Below, one piece after another: positions 1 to 9,977 of a stretch of 64,000 nt of DNA. Under the pieces are notes generated by a model. That model was not told the DNA's origin, made no database searches, and saw only the letters and a program-made list of their open reading frames with translations. The position numbers were made by a program, and so were the translations under genes. The stretch comes from Candidatus Doudnabacteria bacterium (GTDB lineage Bacteria > Patescibacteriota > Doudnabacteria > UBA920): the NCBI GenBank assembly GCA_016788665.1, contig JAEUSF010000002.1, positions 6,006 to 70,005 of the forward strand. The letters are read 5' to 3'. Position 1 is the first letter of the stretch, and every line of letters begins with the position of its first letter.

Positions 1-716
1 ACTTTTTCGAGCACCGGCAACACATCTTGCACGGAAGAAATTTTCTTGTCAGTAATTAAAATATAGGAATCTTCCCACACGGCTTCCATGCGCTGAGTGT
101 CGGTTACCATGTAAGGATTCACAAAACCTTTGTCGAAACGCATACCCTTTACCACTTCTTTTTCAAGACCTGTAGTCTGACCTTCTTCTACAGTTATCAC
201 ACCTTCATGCCCCACCTCTTCCATTGCTTCAGCAATTAACCTGCCTACTTCTGGGTCCAAAGAAGAAATGGTTGCAACTTGCTCAATACCCTCTTTGCCT
301 TTTACTTCGGTCTTAATTTTCGACAAAGCTTCTACCACATACCTTACAGCCTTATCCATACCGCGCTTTAAGTCATTGCCGCGGGTCGGATAACGCCTAA
401 GCATTTCAAAACCTTCCTCAACCATTTTCTGAGCAAGTACTGTTGCTGTAGTTGTACCGTCTCCAGCGGCTTCGTTGGTTTTATTTGCAACTTCCTGAAT
501 AAGCGAAGCTCCTACATTTTCAAACTTATCTTCCAGCTCAATATCTTTAGCCACTGTAACACCGTCGTCAGTAATTGTGGGGCTACCAAAACTCTTGCTT
601 AAAATAACTGCTTTGCCGGTGGGACCTAAAGTCACCTTTATAGCATTGGCTGCTTTATCTACTCCGGCCTTTATTGCCTGCTTGGCTTCAAAACCATATT
701 TTATAATTTTGCTCAT
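1..716 (-). CDS. groL: Chaperonin GroEL, N-terminal part; gene continues past the window start
   Basis: Reverse translation gives [12 protein letters not shown]...[11 protein letters not shown]...[20 protein letters not shown], a typical GroEL N-terminus; it lies downstream of groES on the same strand. Confidence 0.9.
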   Translation of the reverse strand, partial: MSKIIKYGFEAKQAIKAGVDKAANAIKVTLGPTGKAVILSKSFGSPTITDDGVTVAKDIELEDKFENVGASLIQEVANKTNEAAGDGTTTATVLAQKMVEEGFEMLRRYPTRGNDLKRGMDKAVRYVVEALSKIKTEVKGKEGIEQVATISSLDPEVGRLIAEAMEEVGHEGVITVEEGQTTGLEKEVVKGMRFDKGFVNPYMVTDTQRMEAVWEDSYILITDKKISSVQDVLPVLEK

Positions 717-855
717 AAATCTTATTTTAAACTTTAATATCCGAGTATCAAACTACAAACATAAACAATTTTTAATATCCAAAGCTCAGGACTATCTGAT
801 ATTTTGAATTTGGATTTTTTGGAATTTGTTGTTTGATATTTAGAATTTAATAATC

Positions 856-1161
856 TTATTCTACTAACGCTAAAATATCTGAATCGTCTTTTTCTTTACC
901 TACATACAAAATTTTATATTCAACCTTGATACCAGATTCTTCCACCTCTATTTCATCGCCTGCATATTTTCCAAAAACTACCGTATCCCCAACTTTTAAA
1001 CCCAAAGCAGAAATTTCATCTCCGTTACCCAAAGCCACAATTTTACCTTGTGCCTTTTTTTCTTTATCGGCAGTGTCTGGCAAAACTATCCCGCTTTTAG
1101 TAACCTCTTCCATAGAAGATTGCTTTACCATCACCCTGTTGCCTAAAGGTTTTACATTCAT
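856..1161 (-). CDS. groS: Co-chaperonin GroES
   Basis: MNVKPLGNRVMVK...GDTVVFGKYAG, the GroES/Cpn10 fold signature; immediately upstream of groEL. Confidence 0.9.
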   Translation of the reverse strand: MNVKPLGNRVMVKQSSMEEVTKSGIVLPDTADKEKKAQGKIVALGNGDEISALGLKVGDTVVFGKYAGDEIEVEESGIKVEYKILYVGKEKDDSDILALVE

Positions 1162-1291
1162 ATAAGTCCTTTCTTACCTAGCCACAAAATTACTAATTGA
1201 TACTAAAATACAAAATCTGTTTCATACTTTAGTATTCTATGGTACTTGAGTAGCTATAAAAATTAATTTCCTTACCTATTTTAATATCGTC

Positions 1292-1318
1292 TTATCACTC
1301 TGTCAAGTAGAGTGATAA
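1292..1318. promoter_or_regulatory. CIRCE-like HrcA operator variant (TTATCACTC-N9-GAGTGATAA)
   Basis: Perfect 9-bp inverted repeat with a 9-bp spacer, about 130 bp upstream of the groES start; the consensus is TTAGCACTC-N9-GAGTGCTAA and here the G is replaced by T. Confidence 0.6.
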
Positions 1319-1339
1319 GGTACTTAACACTTCGATGCG

Positions 1340-2107
1340 ATGCTGTATAATACCACTATGAATACATCCTATCAAACTCCAAGCCAGGCTGAAAATTTTA
1401 ATAATTTTCTAGAATCGGCCGACGGCAAATTTCAAAAAGAACTGGTATTCAACCAGGTAACCGCCTCTTTAAAAGACACCTCTTCAAAAGCTAAAATACT
1501 GGACTTGGGCTGCGGCTCAGGCTGGCTAACTAACCAACTAACACTCAAGGGGCACCAAGCAATAGGCTGCGACGCTGGGAAGGCGCAAATTGAATTAGCT
1601 AACAAACTCTACCCTGAAAATAAGTTCTTAGTAGCCGACCTGCAAAAAGCATTACCATTTCCGGAAAATGAATTTGACGTAATTATTACCAGCCTTGTCT
1701 TGTGCGACATAGAAAACCAAGCTGCGGCACTCAATGAAATTTTCAGAATTCTAAAACCAAACGGTAAATTCGTTAACATAATACCAAACCCCTACTATAC
1801 CATGCCCGTAACTGCGTGGAAAAAAGGGTTTTGGGGCAGACTTTTTAAGCAAAAGCCCAGGCCCACACTGTCTCCTTACTTCAGCTTCTTAGACTCGCCG
1901 CGGGAATTTAAGTGGCGTGGTAACATAACGAGGCGCTTTCACACCTTAAGTGAACAAATAAATCACATTCTTATAGCCGGATTTATTTTAACGCGTTTCA
2001 AAGAGCCTAGATCAGAAACCGACACAAACAAATTCAGCCGCCAGTACCAGGTCTACCGATTCCCCCTTTACCTGGTTATTGAAGCAAAAAAACCGTCACC
2101 TGTATGA
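1340..2107 (+). CDS. Class I SAM-dependent methyltransferase
   Basis: LDLGCGSGWLT motif (SAM-binding motif I) and an acidic loop motif ..DVIIT..; followed by hairpin terminator 2093-2118. Confidence 0.7.
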   Translation: MLYNTTMNTSYQTPSQAENFNNFLESADGKFQKELVFNQVTASLKDTSSKAKILDLGCGSGWLTNQLTLKGHQAIGCDAGKAQIELANKLYPENKFLVADLQKALPFPENEFDVIITSLVLCDIENQAAALNEIFRILKPNGKFVNIIPNPYYTMPVTAWKKGFWGRLFKQKPRPTLSPYFSFLDSPREFKWRGNITRRFHTLSEQINHILIAGFILTRFKEPRSETDTNKFSRQYQVYRFPLYLVIEAKKPSPV

Positions 2108-2118
2108 CGGTTTTTTTA
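2093..2118. terminator. Bidirectional rho-independent terminator between convergent genes
   Basis: CCGTCA cctgta TGACGG stem flanked by an A-run and a T-run. Confidence 0.5.
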
Positions 2119-2127
2119 AAATCAAAT

Positions 2128-3048
2128 TTATTTCATGTCTAAAAAAAATTTGTCTAAAAGTTGCACATGCCTGCTTTCAGGATGAAAAGAAAGTTCGTCG
2201 GAAGTTATAAAAGTAAAACGGTCTTGTTTTATGCTCGAAATTTCTACACGTTTTAAAAAATTTTCTAACCACTTTCCAAACCTATTAGTCAATAACTTCT
2301 CTATAAATTTCTGCGCAACTTTTGGAGCCCCATACACAGTTTCTGCTGCCTGAAAATTAGGGAAGAAAAGCCTTATCCAACCAAAGTTATTATTTTGAAA
2401 TTCGGCAACCACCCGCTCACCCACAACTGGCCTAAGCCTTGCGTACTCCATTGCTTTATATAAGTTTTTTTCTCTATCAACAGTTTTTGGTCGGGCAAGA
2501 TAATGGTTTAAACAAAAACGATTTTTAGTTTTTAATTTATAACGTCTTACACCAAAAATTTGAAAGTACAAGGAAACCAAAGTACGAGCAAGCCATATAA
2601 AACCCTTCTCGGTAAATATAAGCAAATCTATATCGGAGTTTTCTTTTTGCTGTCCCAATGCTTGACTGCCACCTATTGCGACGCCTCTGACAAAAGGAAT
2701 AAAATTCAAAAAGTTCAAATACCTCCTAATCATTTTTTCTCTCTTAAACCCATAAAAATAATTCTCAAGTCTTTGCTCTATTATTTTTTCCCGGCCTTTT
2801 AAACAGTAATGCCCATGCTTTTGCTCAACCTGAGACAAAAGTTCAGTCTGTAAACTTATCATAACATCAAACAATTTCGTTTTTGATGAAAAACTTTGAA
2901 TTTCGCCCACTACTTCATGTTGACTATCTATAACCTGCACCAAAAGCTCTTTGTCGCCCAATAAAAATTTGTGCAATTCAAAAAGCGTCAAAGGAGTATC
3001 CTGAAGGTCAAAAAACTTTAAAGTGTTTAAAATACGTTGGTTTAACAT
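2128..3048 (-). CDS. Nucleotidyltransferase-domain protein
   Basis: GGSQALGQQKENSDIDLLIF matches the minimal NTase GS...DxD motif. Confidence 0.5.
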   Translation of the reverse strand: MLNQRILNTLKFFDLQDTPLTLFELHKFLLGDKELLVQVIDSQHEVVGEIQSFSSKTKLFDVMISLQTELLSQVEQKHGHYCLKGREKIIEQRLENYFYGFKREKMIRRYLNFLNFIPFVRGVAIGGSQALGQQKENSDIDLLIFTEKGFIWLARTLVSLYFQIFGVRRYKLKTKNRFCLNHYLARPKTVDREKNLYKAMEYARLRPVVGERVVAEFQNNNFGWIRLFFPNFQAAETVYGAPKVAQKFIEKLLTNRFGKWLENFLKRVEISSIKQDRFTFITSDELSFHPESRHVQLLDKFFLDMK

Positions 3049-3156
3049 AATGCGATACTGATTAACTGATTCAAGCGGACGATACAGATAAAATACTAAT
3101 AGAAAAATCTGTACTATGAATATCGTCGGTATTAAAATCCGTTGATCCGTACCATG

Positions 3157-3396
3157 TTACTGTATTAATCCACTCACCCCACTCAAATTACTAATACTAC
3201 TGACTACCATAGGAATTATTAGGAGCATTGCCAAAAGAGGTAAAACCACCAAAGCGATAGTTATATACAACTGCCACTTCATGTAATTTTTTGTTTTTCG
3301 ACTGTTGTCTAAAATTTCCAGCAACATTTGATCTTGCGTCATCGATGTATTCTGCTCCTTCGAAGTTTCAACGAAGGAGGATTGATTTGTTTCCAT
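3157..3396 (-). CDS. Small membrane protein, hypothetical
   Basis: ORF with one long hydrophobic helix; no recognizable family. Confidence 0.3.
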   Translation of the reverse strand: METNQSSFVETSKEQNTSMTQDQMLLEILDNSRKTKNYMKWQLYITIALVVLPLLAMLLIIPMVVSSISNLSGVSGLIQ

Positions 3397-3510
3397 ATTT
3401 TTTTCTGATCTATAGATTAGTACAGATTTTTAGATAACTACAGGTTCGCACTAAACTAATTTCCAAGCTACCTGAAGGTATCAGTATATCTGTAAAATAC
3501 CTGTTGATCT

Positions 3511-4437
3511 TTATTTCTGACAGCTAGGACAATAGCTGCCCGTCCTACCCCCAACTTTTATCGACTCTATAATTGTACCGCATTTTTTACACTTTCGCCC
3601 CCTCTTGCCATAAACAAAGTGATATTTGCCCATTTGCCCGACACTGCCATCTGTTCTAACAAAATCCCCAACACTTGAACCCTTGGCTTGTATGCCTTTT
3701 AAAAGCACGGGCTTAATGTATTTGTAAATATTACTTAATTCATAATTCTTAATACCTACAGCTTTCCTGTTTGGCCTCACCCTAGCATGGAACAAAATTT
3801 CATCGCTATAAATATTACCGATACCCGCCACCACTTTGTTGTCCATTAAAATTTCTTTTATCTGCCTCCGATTATGTTTTTTCACGGCCGTGAAAAAACA
3901 TAATTCCGTAAAATTTTTATTAAGTGGCTCTGGTCCAAATTCTTGCAGTTCCCTAACCTGGCCCATTTCTTTGTCATGCACCAATTTCATGTATCCAAAC
4001 TTCCTTACATCGTTAAAATATAAAACACTGCCGTCAGTAAACTTAAAAACCACATGCGTGTGCTTAGAAGGCATTTTTACCAGAGGCGCATGAGGCTTGT
4101 TCAAAAGCCTATAAAAACCTTGTGTCCTTTCCTGCAACTTAGCATCTTCAAAAATAAACTGCCCTGTCATTTTCAAATGCACAAGCATACTCCATGACCC
4201 CGACAAATTAAAAATCAAAAGTTTTGCTCTTCTTGTAACCGACACAAATTCTTTTCCCTTAATCGTTCCTATAAACCTCTTTACCTTTTCTACCTCAATT
4301 TGCCGCTTAGGAGACAAAGTTGCAGGTCCTACACCAACCATTTTAGGGGAATTTACAACCACAACTTTAACAAGCCGCCCTTTAAGTTTTTTATTGAGTT
4401 CCCTAACCACTGTTTCGACTTCTGGAAGTTCCGGCAT
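3511..4437 (-). CDS. mutM: Formamidopyrimidine-DNA glycosylase (Fpg/Nei family), with an internal insertion
   Basis: N-terminal MPELPEVE catalytic motif and a C-terminal CxxC...CxxC zinc finger; 308 aa versus about 270 typical. Confidence 0.85.
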   Translation of the reverse strand: MPELPEVETVVRELNKKLKGRLVKVVVVNSPKMVGVGPATLSPKRQIEVEKVKRFIGTIKGKEFVSVTRRAKLLIFNLSGSWSMLVHLKMTGQFIFEDAKLQERTQGFYRLLNKPHAPLVKMPSKHTHVVFKFTDGSVLYFNDVRKFGYMKLVHDKEMGQVRELQEFGPEPLNKNFTELCFFTAVKKHNRRQIKEILMDNKVVAGIGNIYSDEILFHARVRPNRKAVGIKNYELSNIYKYIKPVLLKGIQAKGSSVGDFVRTDGSVGQMGKYHFVYGKRGRKCKKCGTIIESIKVGGRTGSYCPSCQK

Positions 4438-4578
4438 AAAATTTATAAACTTACAAAATAATTCACTTAACTAAGGATCAAACTAAGTTAACTTACAAAC
4501 CCTTACCCAAGCCAACCATGTTATATTTTTTCCACTATTTTATGTTACAATAGTAACATTAACCCGCAAACTGAAAAG

Positions 4579-6093
4579 ATGTCAAACAACTTTTTACTCG
4601 CAATACCCCATAATTTCAGCCAGGAAGACTCCGAAATATTAGGGAGAGCTTTTGAGTTTGCAAAAAAAGCGCACCACGGGCAAAAACGAAAAAGCGGAGA
4701 AGAATATTTCAGCCATTCCCAAGCTGTAGCTGTTATTTTAGGACAAATATTTCCAAACGTTCCAACCCTAACAGCCGCTCTTTTACACGACATCCCCGAA
4801 GACACCCAAATTACGCTAAACAAAATAACTCAGGAATTTGGTTCGGAAGTGGCACATTTAGTAGACGGGGTAACAAAACTTGGCAAAGTTCGCTTCCATG
4901 ACAGTACGGATAAATTTTATGTAGAAAATTTACGCAAACTTTTTATTGCCACTAGCGAAGACATACGTGTGATACTTATAAAACTTGCGGACAGGCTGCA
5001 CAACATGCGAACGCTAGAATTTTTGGCCCATGAAAAGCAACTCAAAATTGCTAAAGAAACTTTAGAAATGTATGCCGCCATTGCGGCACGACTTGGCATA
5101 AGCTCATGGAAAGACGAATTGGAAGACTTGGCCTTTAAAGTAGTCTACCCTAAAGAATATGCCGAAACAAAACAGCTTTTAGATGAAGAATCAAGCAAAC
5201 GGGATCAGAGCATAAAGGACGTAAAAAAACATTTAGAGAGCTCACTTAGAACCGAAGGCGTAAAGTTTTTGGAAATCTCAGGTCGGGTTAAAAGAGTCTA
5301 TTCCCTGTTCAGAAAACTTCAGAAATACAACGGTGACTTAAGTAAAATCTATGATCTTTTCGCTTTACGAATTATAGTTCGTTCTACCGCTGACTGCTAC
5401 ACTGTTTTAGGCTTAGTTCATAGACACTTTCAACCCATGCCTGGTCGCATAAAAGACTATATTTCCACTCCCAAACCAAATGGCTATCAAAGCATTCACA
5501 CCACGGTTTTTGACACATCGGGCCGCATATTCGAATTTCAAATTCGCACAGACCTAATGCACGAAGAAGCCGACAGAGGCATTGCAGCGCATTGGTTTTA
5601 CAGCGAAGAAGGAAAACCAGAAAGCGCCACCGCCTTTAGAGCGCCTTGGGTAAAAGAACTCAGGGCATGGCAAGACGAAACAACAAACGCCCAAGAATTT
5701 TTAGATGCTTTGAAAATAGATTTTTTCCGAGACCGCATTTTTGTTTTTACCCCCAAGGGTGACATAAAAGACTTACCCGTAGGGGCAAGTGTTATAGATT
5801 TTGCTTTCTCTGTTCACACGGACCTGGGCTTTCATATGATGGGAGCAAAAATTAACGGCAAAATGGCCAGTATTTACGATGAGCTTTACAAGGGCGACGT
5901 AATAGAAATTATAAAAAATAAAAACCCTGTAAAAATCTCCCGCGACTGGCTTGAATATGCCCACACATCCAACGCCCGCAACAAAATTAGGCACTACTTA
6001 CAAGAGAATGACAAAGGCATCATGCGACGTATAAAGGAATTAAAGCTCTCCGACTTAAAACCAACCCTACCTACATTTTTCAGAAAAAAATAA
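4579..6093 (+). CDS. rel: Bifunctional (p)ppGpp synthetase/hydrolase Rel (HD + synthetase + TGS; no ACT domain)
   Basis: HD motif AHHGQKRKSGEEYFSH...LLHDIPEDT; synthetase motif GYQSIHTTV; TGS domain at the C-terminus. Confidence 0.85.
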   Translation: MSNNFLLAIPHNFSQEDSEILGRAFEFAKKAHHGQKRKSGEEYFSHSQAVAVILGQIFPNVPTLTAALLHDIPEDTQITLNKITQEFGSEVAHLVDGVTKLGKVRFHDSTDKFYVENLRKLFIATSEDIRVILIKLADRLHNMRTLEFLAHEKQLKIAKETLEMYAAIAARLGISSWKDELEDLAFKVVYPKEYAETKQLLDEESSKRDQSIKDVKKHLESSLRTEGVKFLEISGRVKRVYSLFRKLQKYNGDLSKIYDLFALRIIVRSTADCYTVLGLVHRHFQPMPGRIKDYISTPKPNGYQSIHTTVFDTSGRIFEFQIRTDLMHEEADRGIAAHWFYSEEGKPESATAFRAPWVKELRAWQDETTNAQEFLDALKIDFFRDRIFVFTPKGDIKDLPVGASVIDFAFSVHTDLGFHMMGAKINGKMASIYDELYKGDVIEIIKNKNPVKISRDWLEYAHTSNARNKIRHYLQENDKGIMRRIKELKLSDLKPTLPTFFRKK

Positions 6094-6101
6094 AGTACTA
6101 T

Positions 6102-6136
6102 AAAAACCCGCCCCTTGTATATAAAGGGCGGGTTTT
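6102..6136. terminator. Bidirectional terminator between rel and ndk
   Basis: AAACCCGCCCC ttgtatata AAGGGCGGGTTTT. Confidence 0.6.
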
Positions 6137-6149
6137 CACTACTCACTAC

Positions 6150-6653
6150 TTAGTATGCTATTGTATTTTTCGTATATCCTGGCTTATGCTCGTGTAACTC
6201 TTCCGGAGCAAACCATACTTTTATTTCTTCTACAGCTTCAGCACTGGAACCAGAAGCATGAATAAGGTTATAAACTCCTATGCTCTTACTGTCAGCGTGC
6301 TTAAAAGAGACATGCGAATAATCGCCTCGTATAGTCCCTGGCGCTGCAGACTTAGGCTCTGTTGAACCAACCATCTTCCTAACCAGCTCGACCGCTTCAA
6401 CGCCTTCTAAAGCTATGGCAACAATAGGGCCAGAGCTTATCATTTCTATCATTAAATCTCTAACTTTTTGGCCACGCCGTATTGCCAAATCTTCAGTATA
6501 ATGTTTTTCGGCATGCTCTTTCTTTGGCCAAAGCATTTTTAGTCCGGCAATTTTTAAACCAGCTCGTTCAAAACGATGAATTATCTCCCCTACCAGCCCC
6601 CTGTCTACCGCATCTGGCTTTAACAAAATTAAACTTTTTTCTATAGTTTCCAT
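6150..6653 (-). CDS. ndk: Nucleoside diphosphate kinase
   Basis: ETIEKSLILLKPDAV...NLIHASGS, including the active-site His region. Confidence 0.85.
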   Translation of the reverse strand: METIEKSLILLKPDAVDRGLVGEIIHRFERAGLKIAGLKMLWPKKEHAEKHYTEDLAIRRGQKVRDLMIEMISSGPIVAIALEGVEAVELVRKMVGSTEPKSAAPGTIRGDYSHVSFKHADSKSIGVYNLIHASGSSAEAVEEIKVWFAPEELHEHKPGYTKNTIAY

Positions 6654-6654
6654 G

Positions 6655-6720
6655 TTAGCTTGCAGCTTGTAGCCTGTAGCTTGTAGCCGGACTACCGGCT
6701 ATTACCTACTTCCTACCCGC
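6655..6720. repeat. Tandem degenerate 7–8 bp repeats (CTTGTAGC x3, then CTAC-type heptads) containing the hairpin TAGCCGGACTACCGGCTA
   Basis: Direct reading of the sequence; related to the heptad repeats listed elsewhere. Confidence 0.6.
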
Positions 6721-6727
6721 TGATTGA

Positions 6728-7504
6728 TTATTTAATTATCTTAACACTTGTCATAACAACCGCTTCTTTAGGCCTTCCGTCAGTCGGCCCCATTTGAGGA
6801 ATTATTTCTACTTGCCCAATTTTATCTACCACTTCTATACCAGAAGCAACCTTACCAAAAATAGTATAACTAGCAGGAAGAGGAACATCCCCTAACATTA
6901 TAAAGAATTGACTTGTGTTGGTATTAGGCCCCCTGTTTGCCATAGCTAGCACGCCCTTAACATACCCTTTTTTATATAGTTCAGAAGCAGGATTTACTTC
7001 GTCTGCAAACTCACCGCCAAATGCACTTTCCCCGCCCGCGCCTGTACCAGTCGGATCACCGCCCTGAATAACAAACCCTTTTGCAACACGGTGGAAAGTC
7101 AAGCAATCAAAGTACCCAGCATTAGCAAGCCTCAAGAAATTCTCTACCGTTTTTGGCGCATCCTTTTCATAAAACTCTAAAGTAATTTTTCCAAATCCAG
7201 CAACATCCATCTCTACGGCCCTAGCAGAAATAGAAACTTTTTCACTAGTCAGCTTACTTTGATCAAAATTCCTTTTACATGCCCCTTGGGCATTATCTCC
7301 CGCAACCTGGCCCTCGCTTGAATTTGCAGGAGCAGAAGCAGCCGGTTTTTCTTCACTCATATTTTCATTTCCTTCAGTATAGCTTTCCGTGTTGGCATTA
7401 ATGGGAGCCTCGGACGCCTTATTTTTTGTCCGCATAAAAAACACTGTACCAGCAAACAGAAGAGCTACTATTAATATAACTATGCTTAAAGTTTTATTAG
7501 TCAT
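6728..7504 (-). CDS. Peptidyl-prolyl cis-trans isomerase, cyclophilin type, with N-terminal membrane anchor
   Basis: FHRVAKGFVIQGGDPTGTGAGG cyclophilin signature; N-terminal TM helix. Confidence 0.85.
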   Translation of the reverse strand: MTNKTLSIVILIVALLFAGTVFFMRTKNKASEAPINANTESYTEGNENMSEEKPAASAPANSSEGQVAGDNAQGACKRNFDQSKLTSEKVSISARAVEMDVAGFGKITLEFYEKDAPKTVENFLRLANAGYFDCLTFHRVAKGFVIQGGDPTGTGAGGESAFGGEFADEVNPASELYKKGYVKGVLAMANRGPNTNTSQFFIMLGDVPLPASYTIFGKVASGIEVVDKIGQVEIIPQMGPTDGRPKEAVVMTSVKIIK

Positions 7505-7577
7505 TTTATTAGACTTTTAATTTTGTACTTTCTGGCTTTAGATGTAATAATTTCAAGCCAAAGCCATAAATAAAAGA

Positions 7578-9020
7578 TTACCATACTTCTTCCATGGCTT
7601 CAACTTTTTTTGTTTTTTCTTTTAAATACAAATATATAACGAAAACCAAGCCATAAAGCAACAAAAATGTTAAAGGGCTAATTTGCAATTCCAAGCTCGC
7701 AAACCGCCATGACGTTAAAATCCCTGTAGCCAAAATTATATACTTCAGAAACAGCCCTGCCAGAAAACCAAAGCCCGGTCCAAAAAATGGAGTTACGCTC
7801 AAAAACCCGACCCCCATAACAAACGGAACAAAAGGCAAAACAACCAAGTTGGCCAATACGGCCACCACACTTAAACTGCCGAACTTAAAGAGCAATAACG
7901 GCAAAGTAGCAACAATTGCCGAAAAAGTGGTTAAAAATATATTTTTTACACCTTTTGCTGCGGTCCAAAAATTAGTTAACTTATTTAAAACAGGAACACC
8001 ATAAACAATACCAACTGTAGCCAAGAAGGATAATTGAAAGCCTACATCCCAAACTAAAATTTTTGGGTTTTCAAAAACCATCACAAAAGCAGTAAATAAA
8101 AGCGCAGGAGCTAAGTTATATAACCGACCAGAATTAAAAGCTACGAGCAATAAAAAACCCATTATAGCCGCACGTACGACCGAAGCAGAAGCACCTGTTA
8201 AAACAACAAAGACTAAAATACACATAACGGAAAGCCAAAAAGTCCGCCTACGCCCAATAAACCAAGCCGCGTAAGATAATCCGCCGATTATAATTGAAAT
8301 GTTATAACCCGATACTGCCACAATATGCGACAGCCCGGCTCGCTTAAACATGTCATTTAAACTCTCTGACATACTTCTTTTCGCCCCAATAAGTATACCC
8401 AGCAATAACCCGCTTTCAGGTGCCGCAACATTCTCTTCCACTTTTTTTGAAAAGCTAGATTTTATTTTTAAAATATATTCTTTTACCAGATTTTGCTGGT
8501 GGCTGCGTAATATTAAAATCTTCGGGCGATTAGAAAGAGCGTATATATTTCTCATTTCCAAATAACCTTTATAATCAAAGTCTGAAAAATTTTCCGCTTC
8601 TTCTATTTTTCCATTTACCACCACCTCATCTCCGTAAAAAAACTCCTGCGCCAGGCTTGTGGTAACTAAAATATTTTGTGCGTAATTTTTTGGCCTTATC
8701 GTCAAAAGCTGCTTATCGGCCCTAATATCAGGCTCTTCAAAAACATAACCCTCCAATATTCGCCTACTTCCCAATATATCTGCAAAGCCGTTTTCCACAA
8801 AAGCAGAATTTAGCCTAAACATTCCACTAAGCAAAAAAATAAAGCAAATGCACAAAAAACCAAAAAAACTTTGCTTATAAAAATACAAAACCGCGGCCAA
8901 AGCCGCGGTAAAACCAATCCCAAAATACACATACAAGTCTTCAATCAAAAACAGCGACGCCGTCCAAACTCCCAATAAAAAACTAATCACTATCCAAATA
9001 AATTTTTTACTCTTTGACAT
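7578..9020 (-). CDS. comEC: ComEC/Rec2 competence channel protein (competence domain only)
   Basis: Polytopic membrane protein with the ...LSHIVAVSGYNISII... ComEC motif. Confidence 0.75.
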   Translation of the reverse strand: MSKSKKFIWIVISFLLGVWTASLFLIEDLYVYFGIGFTAALAAVLYFYKQSFFGFLCICFIFLLSGMFRLNSAFVENGFADILGSRRILEGYVFEEPDIRADKQLLTIRPKNYAQNILVTTSLAQEFFYGDEVVVNGKIEEAENFSDFDYKGYLEMRNIYALSNRPKILILRSHQQNLVKEYILKIKSSFSKKVEENVAAPESGLLLGILIGAKRSMSESLNDMFKRAGLSHIVAVSGYNISIIIGGLSYAAWFIGRRRTFWLSVMCILVFVVLTGASASVVRAAIMGFLLLVAFNSGRLYNLAPALLFTAFVMVFENPKILVWDVGFQLSFLATVGIVYGVPVLNKLTNFWTAAKGVKNIFLTTFSAIVATLPLLLFKFGSLSVVAVLANLVVLPFVPFVMGVGFLSVTPFFGPGFGFLAGLFLKYIILATGILTSWRFASLELQISPLTFLLLYGLVFVIYLYLKEKTKKVEAMEEVW

Positions 9021-9234
9021 ACCTTATTTCAAAAACTTTTTGTTTTGATTTTACACCTCTTAGTAAAATAATGTTATAAGCTTTCGTTTTAAAAAATTCT
9101 GCCAAAGCTTTTGTAACCGCGTCATTGGCCCTGCCTTCCAAAGGCTGCTGCCTTACATAAACTTTCAAACCCTTTGCAGTCTGTTCTACCTTTGTTTCTT
9201 TAGCATTTGCTCTAACCTCAACTGTAATTTTCAT
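9007..9234 (-). CDS. DUF167/YggU family protein
   Basis: 75 aa, MKITVEV..ANAKETKV......LKVYV...P..G.AN architecture. Confidence 0.55.
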   Translation of the reverse strand: MKITVEVRANAKETKVEQTAKGLKVYVRQQPLEGRANDAVTKALAEFFKTKAYNIILLRGVKSKQKVFEIRYVKE

Positions 9235-9276
9235 ACGCTTTTTAGTTCTCTAGTTTGAAATTTGTAATTTGAAATT

Positions 9277-9933
9277 TCAATAATCTATCCCTCTCTGCGC
9301 CAATATGCCTTTGTAGTACGGATGCTTTATCATACACATCTCTGTAACCAAATCGCATTTGTCCAAAATTTTGGGAAACTTGTTATGGCCTGTTATAACT
9401 AAATGCTGAAGAGGTGCCTTCAAGTCTATTATATCTAAAATATCCCGCTCTTCAAGCAGCTTGCTTTCCAGGGCTGAAATTATTTCGTCTAAAATTACTA
9501 ACTGATACTTACCGCTGGCTATAACCTCCCGGGCGCGGCCTAAGCCTTCCAAGGCTGCCCTCACGTGAATTTCCTTTTCTTTTTTATCGCCCAAAATACC
9601 CACAAACCCCGCCCCCATCTGCTCATTATCTATACGACCAACTTTGGACGAAGTATTTAAGTTATTTAGAAAATCAATTTCAGAAGAAACCGGCCACTCG
9701 CCTTCTTTTATATTTTCCTTCGAAGCCCCCTTCGCTTTTACAAACTGCAAAATACACACGTTCATACCAGCCCCGGCCGCACGAATTGCCATACCCATAG
9801 CCGCTGTCGTCTTGCCTTTACCGGCCCCTAGGTAACAAATAACCAACCCCTTTGGCTCGTCACTAAAAGTTGTAGGCGTCTTAATTTTTTTAATGGGTGA
9901 TTTTTTGGTTTTTTTGGGCATATGGTTTTGCAA
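9277..9933 (-). CDS. Cob(I)alamin (corrinoid) adenosyltransferase, CobA/CobO/BtuR family
   Basis: GAGKGKTTAAMGMAIRAAGAGMNVCILQFVKA P-loop and a C-terminus ending GIDY as in Salmonella CobA. Confidence 0.8.
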   Translation of the reverse strand: MQNHMPKKTKKSPIKKIKTPTTFSDEPKGLVICYLGAGKGKTTAAMGMAIRAAGAGMNVCILQFVKAKGASKENIKEGEWPVSSEIDFLNNLNTSSKVGRIDNEQMGAGFVGILGDKKEKEIHVRAALEGLGRAREVIASGKYQLVILDEIISALESKLLEERDILDIIDLKAPLQHLVITGHNKFPKILDKCDLVTEMCMIKHPYYKGILAQRGIDY

Positions 9934-9977
9934 TTCTTTTAAATAAAGTTTAATATATTTACTAGAAAGGAGGCTAA

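Noticed and set aside
926-1165. 79-aa plus-strand ORF
   Set aside because: It is antisense to groES and has Ser/Pro-rich low-complexity translation.
1162-1290. HAIR-like CTTGAGT half-site upstream of groES
   Set aside because: Only one half-site is present, with no ACTCAAG partner at N7 spacing.
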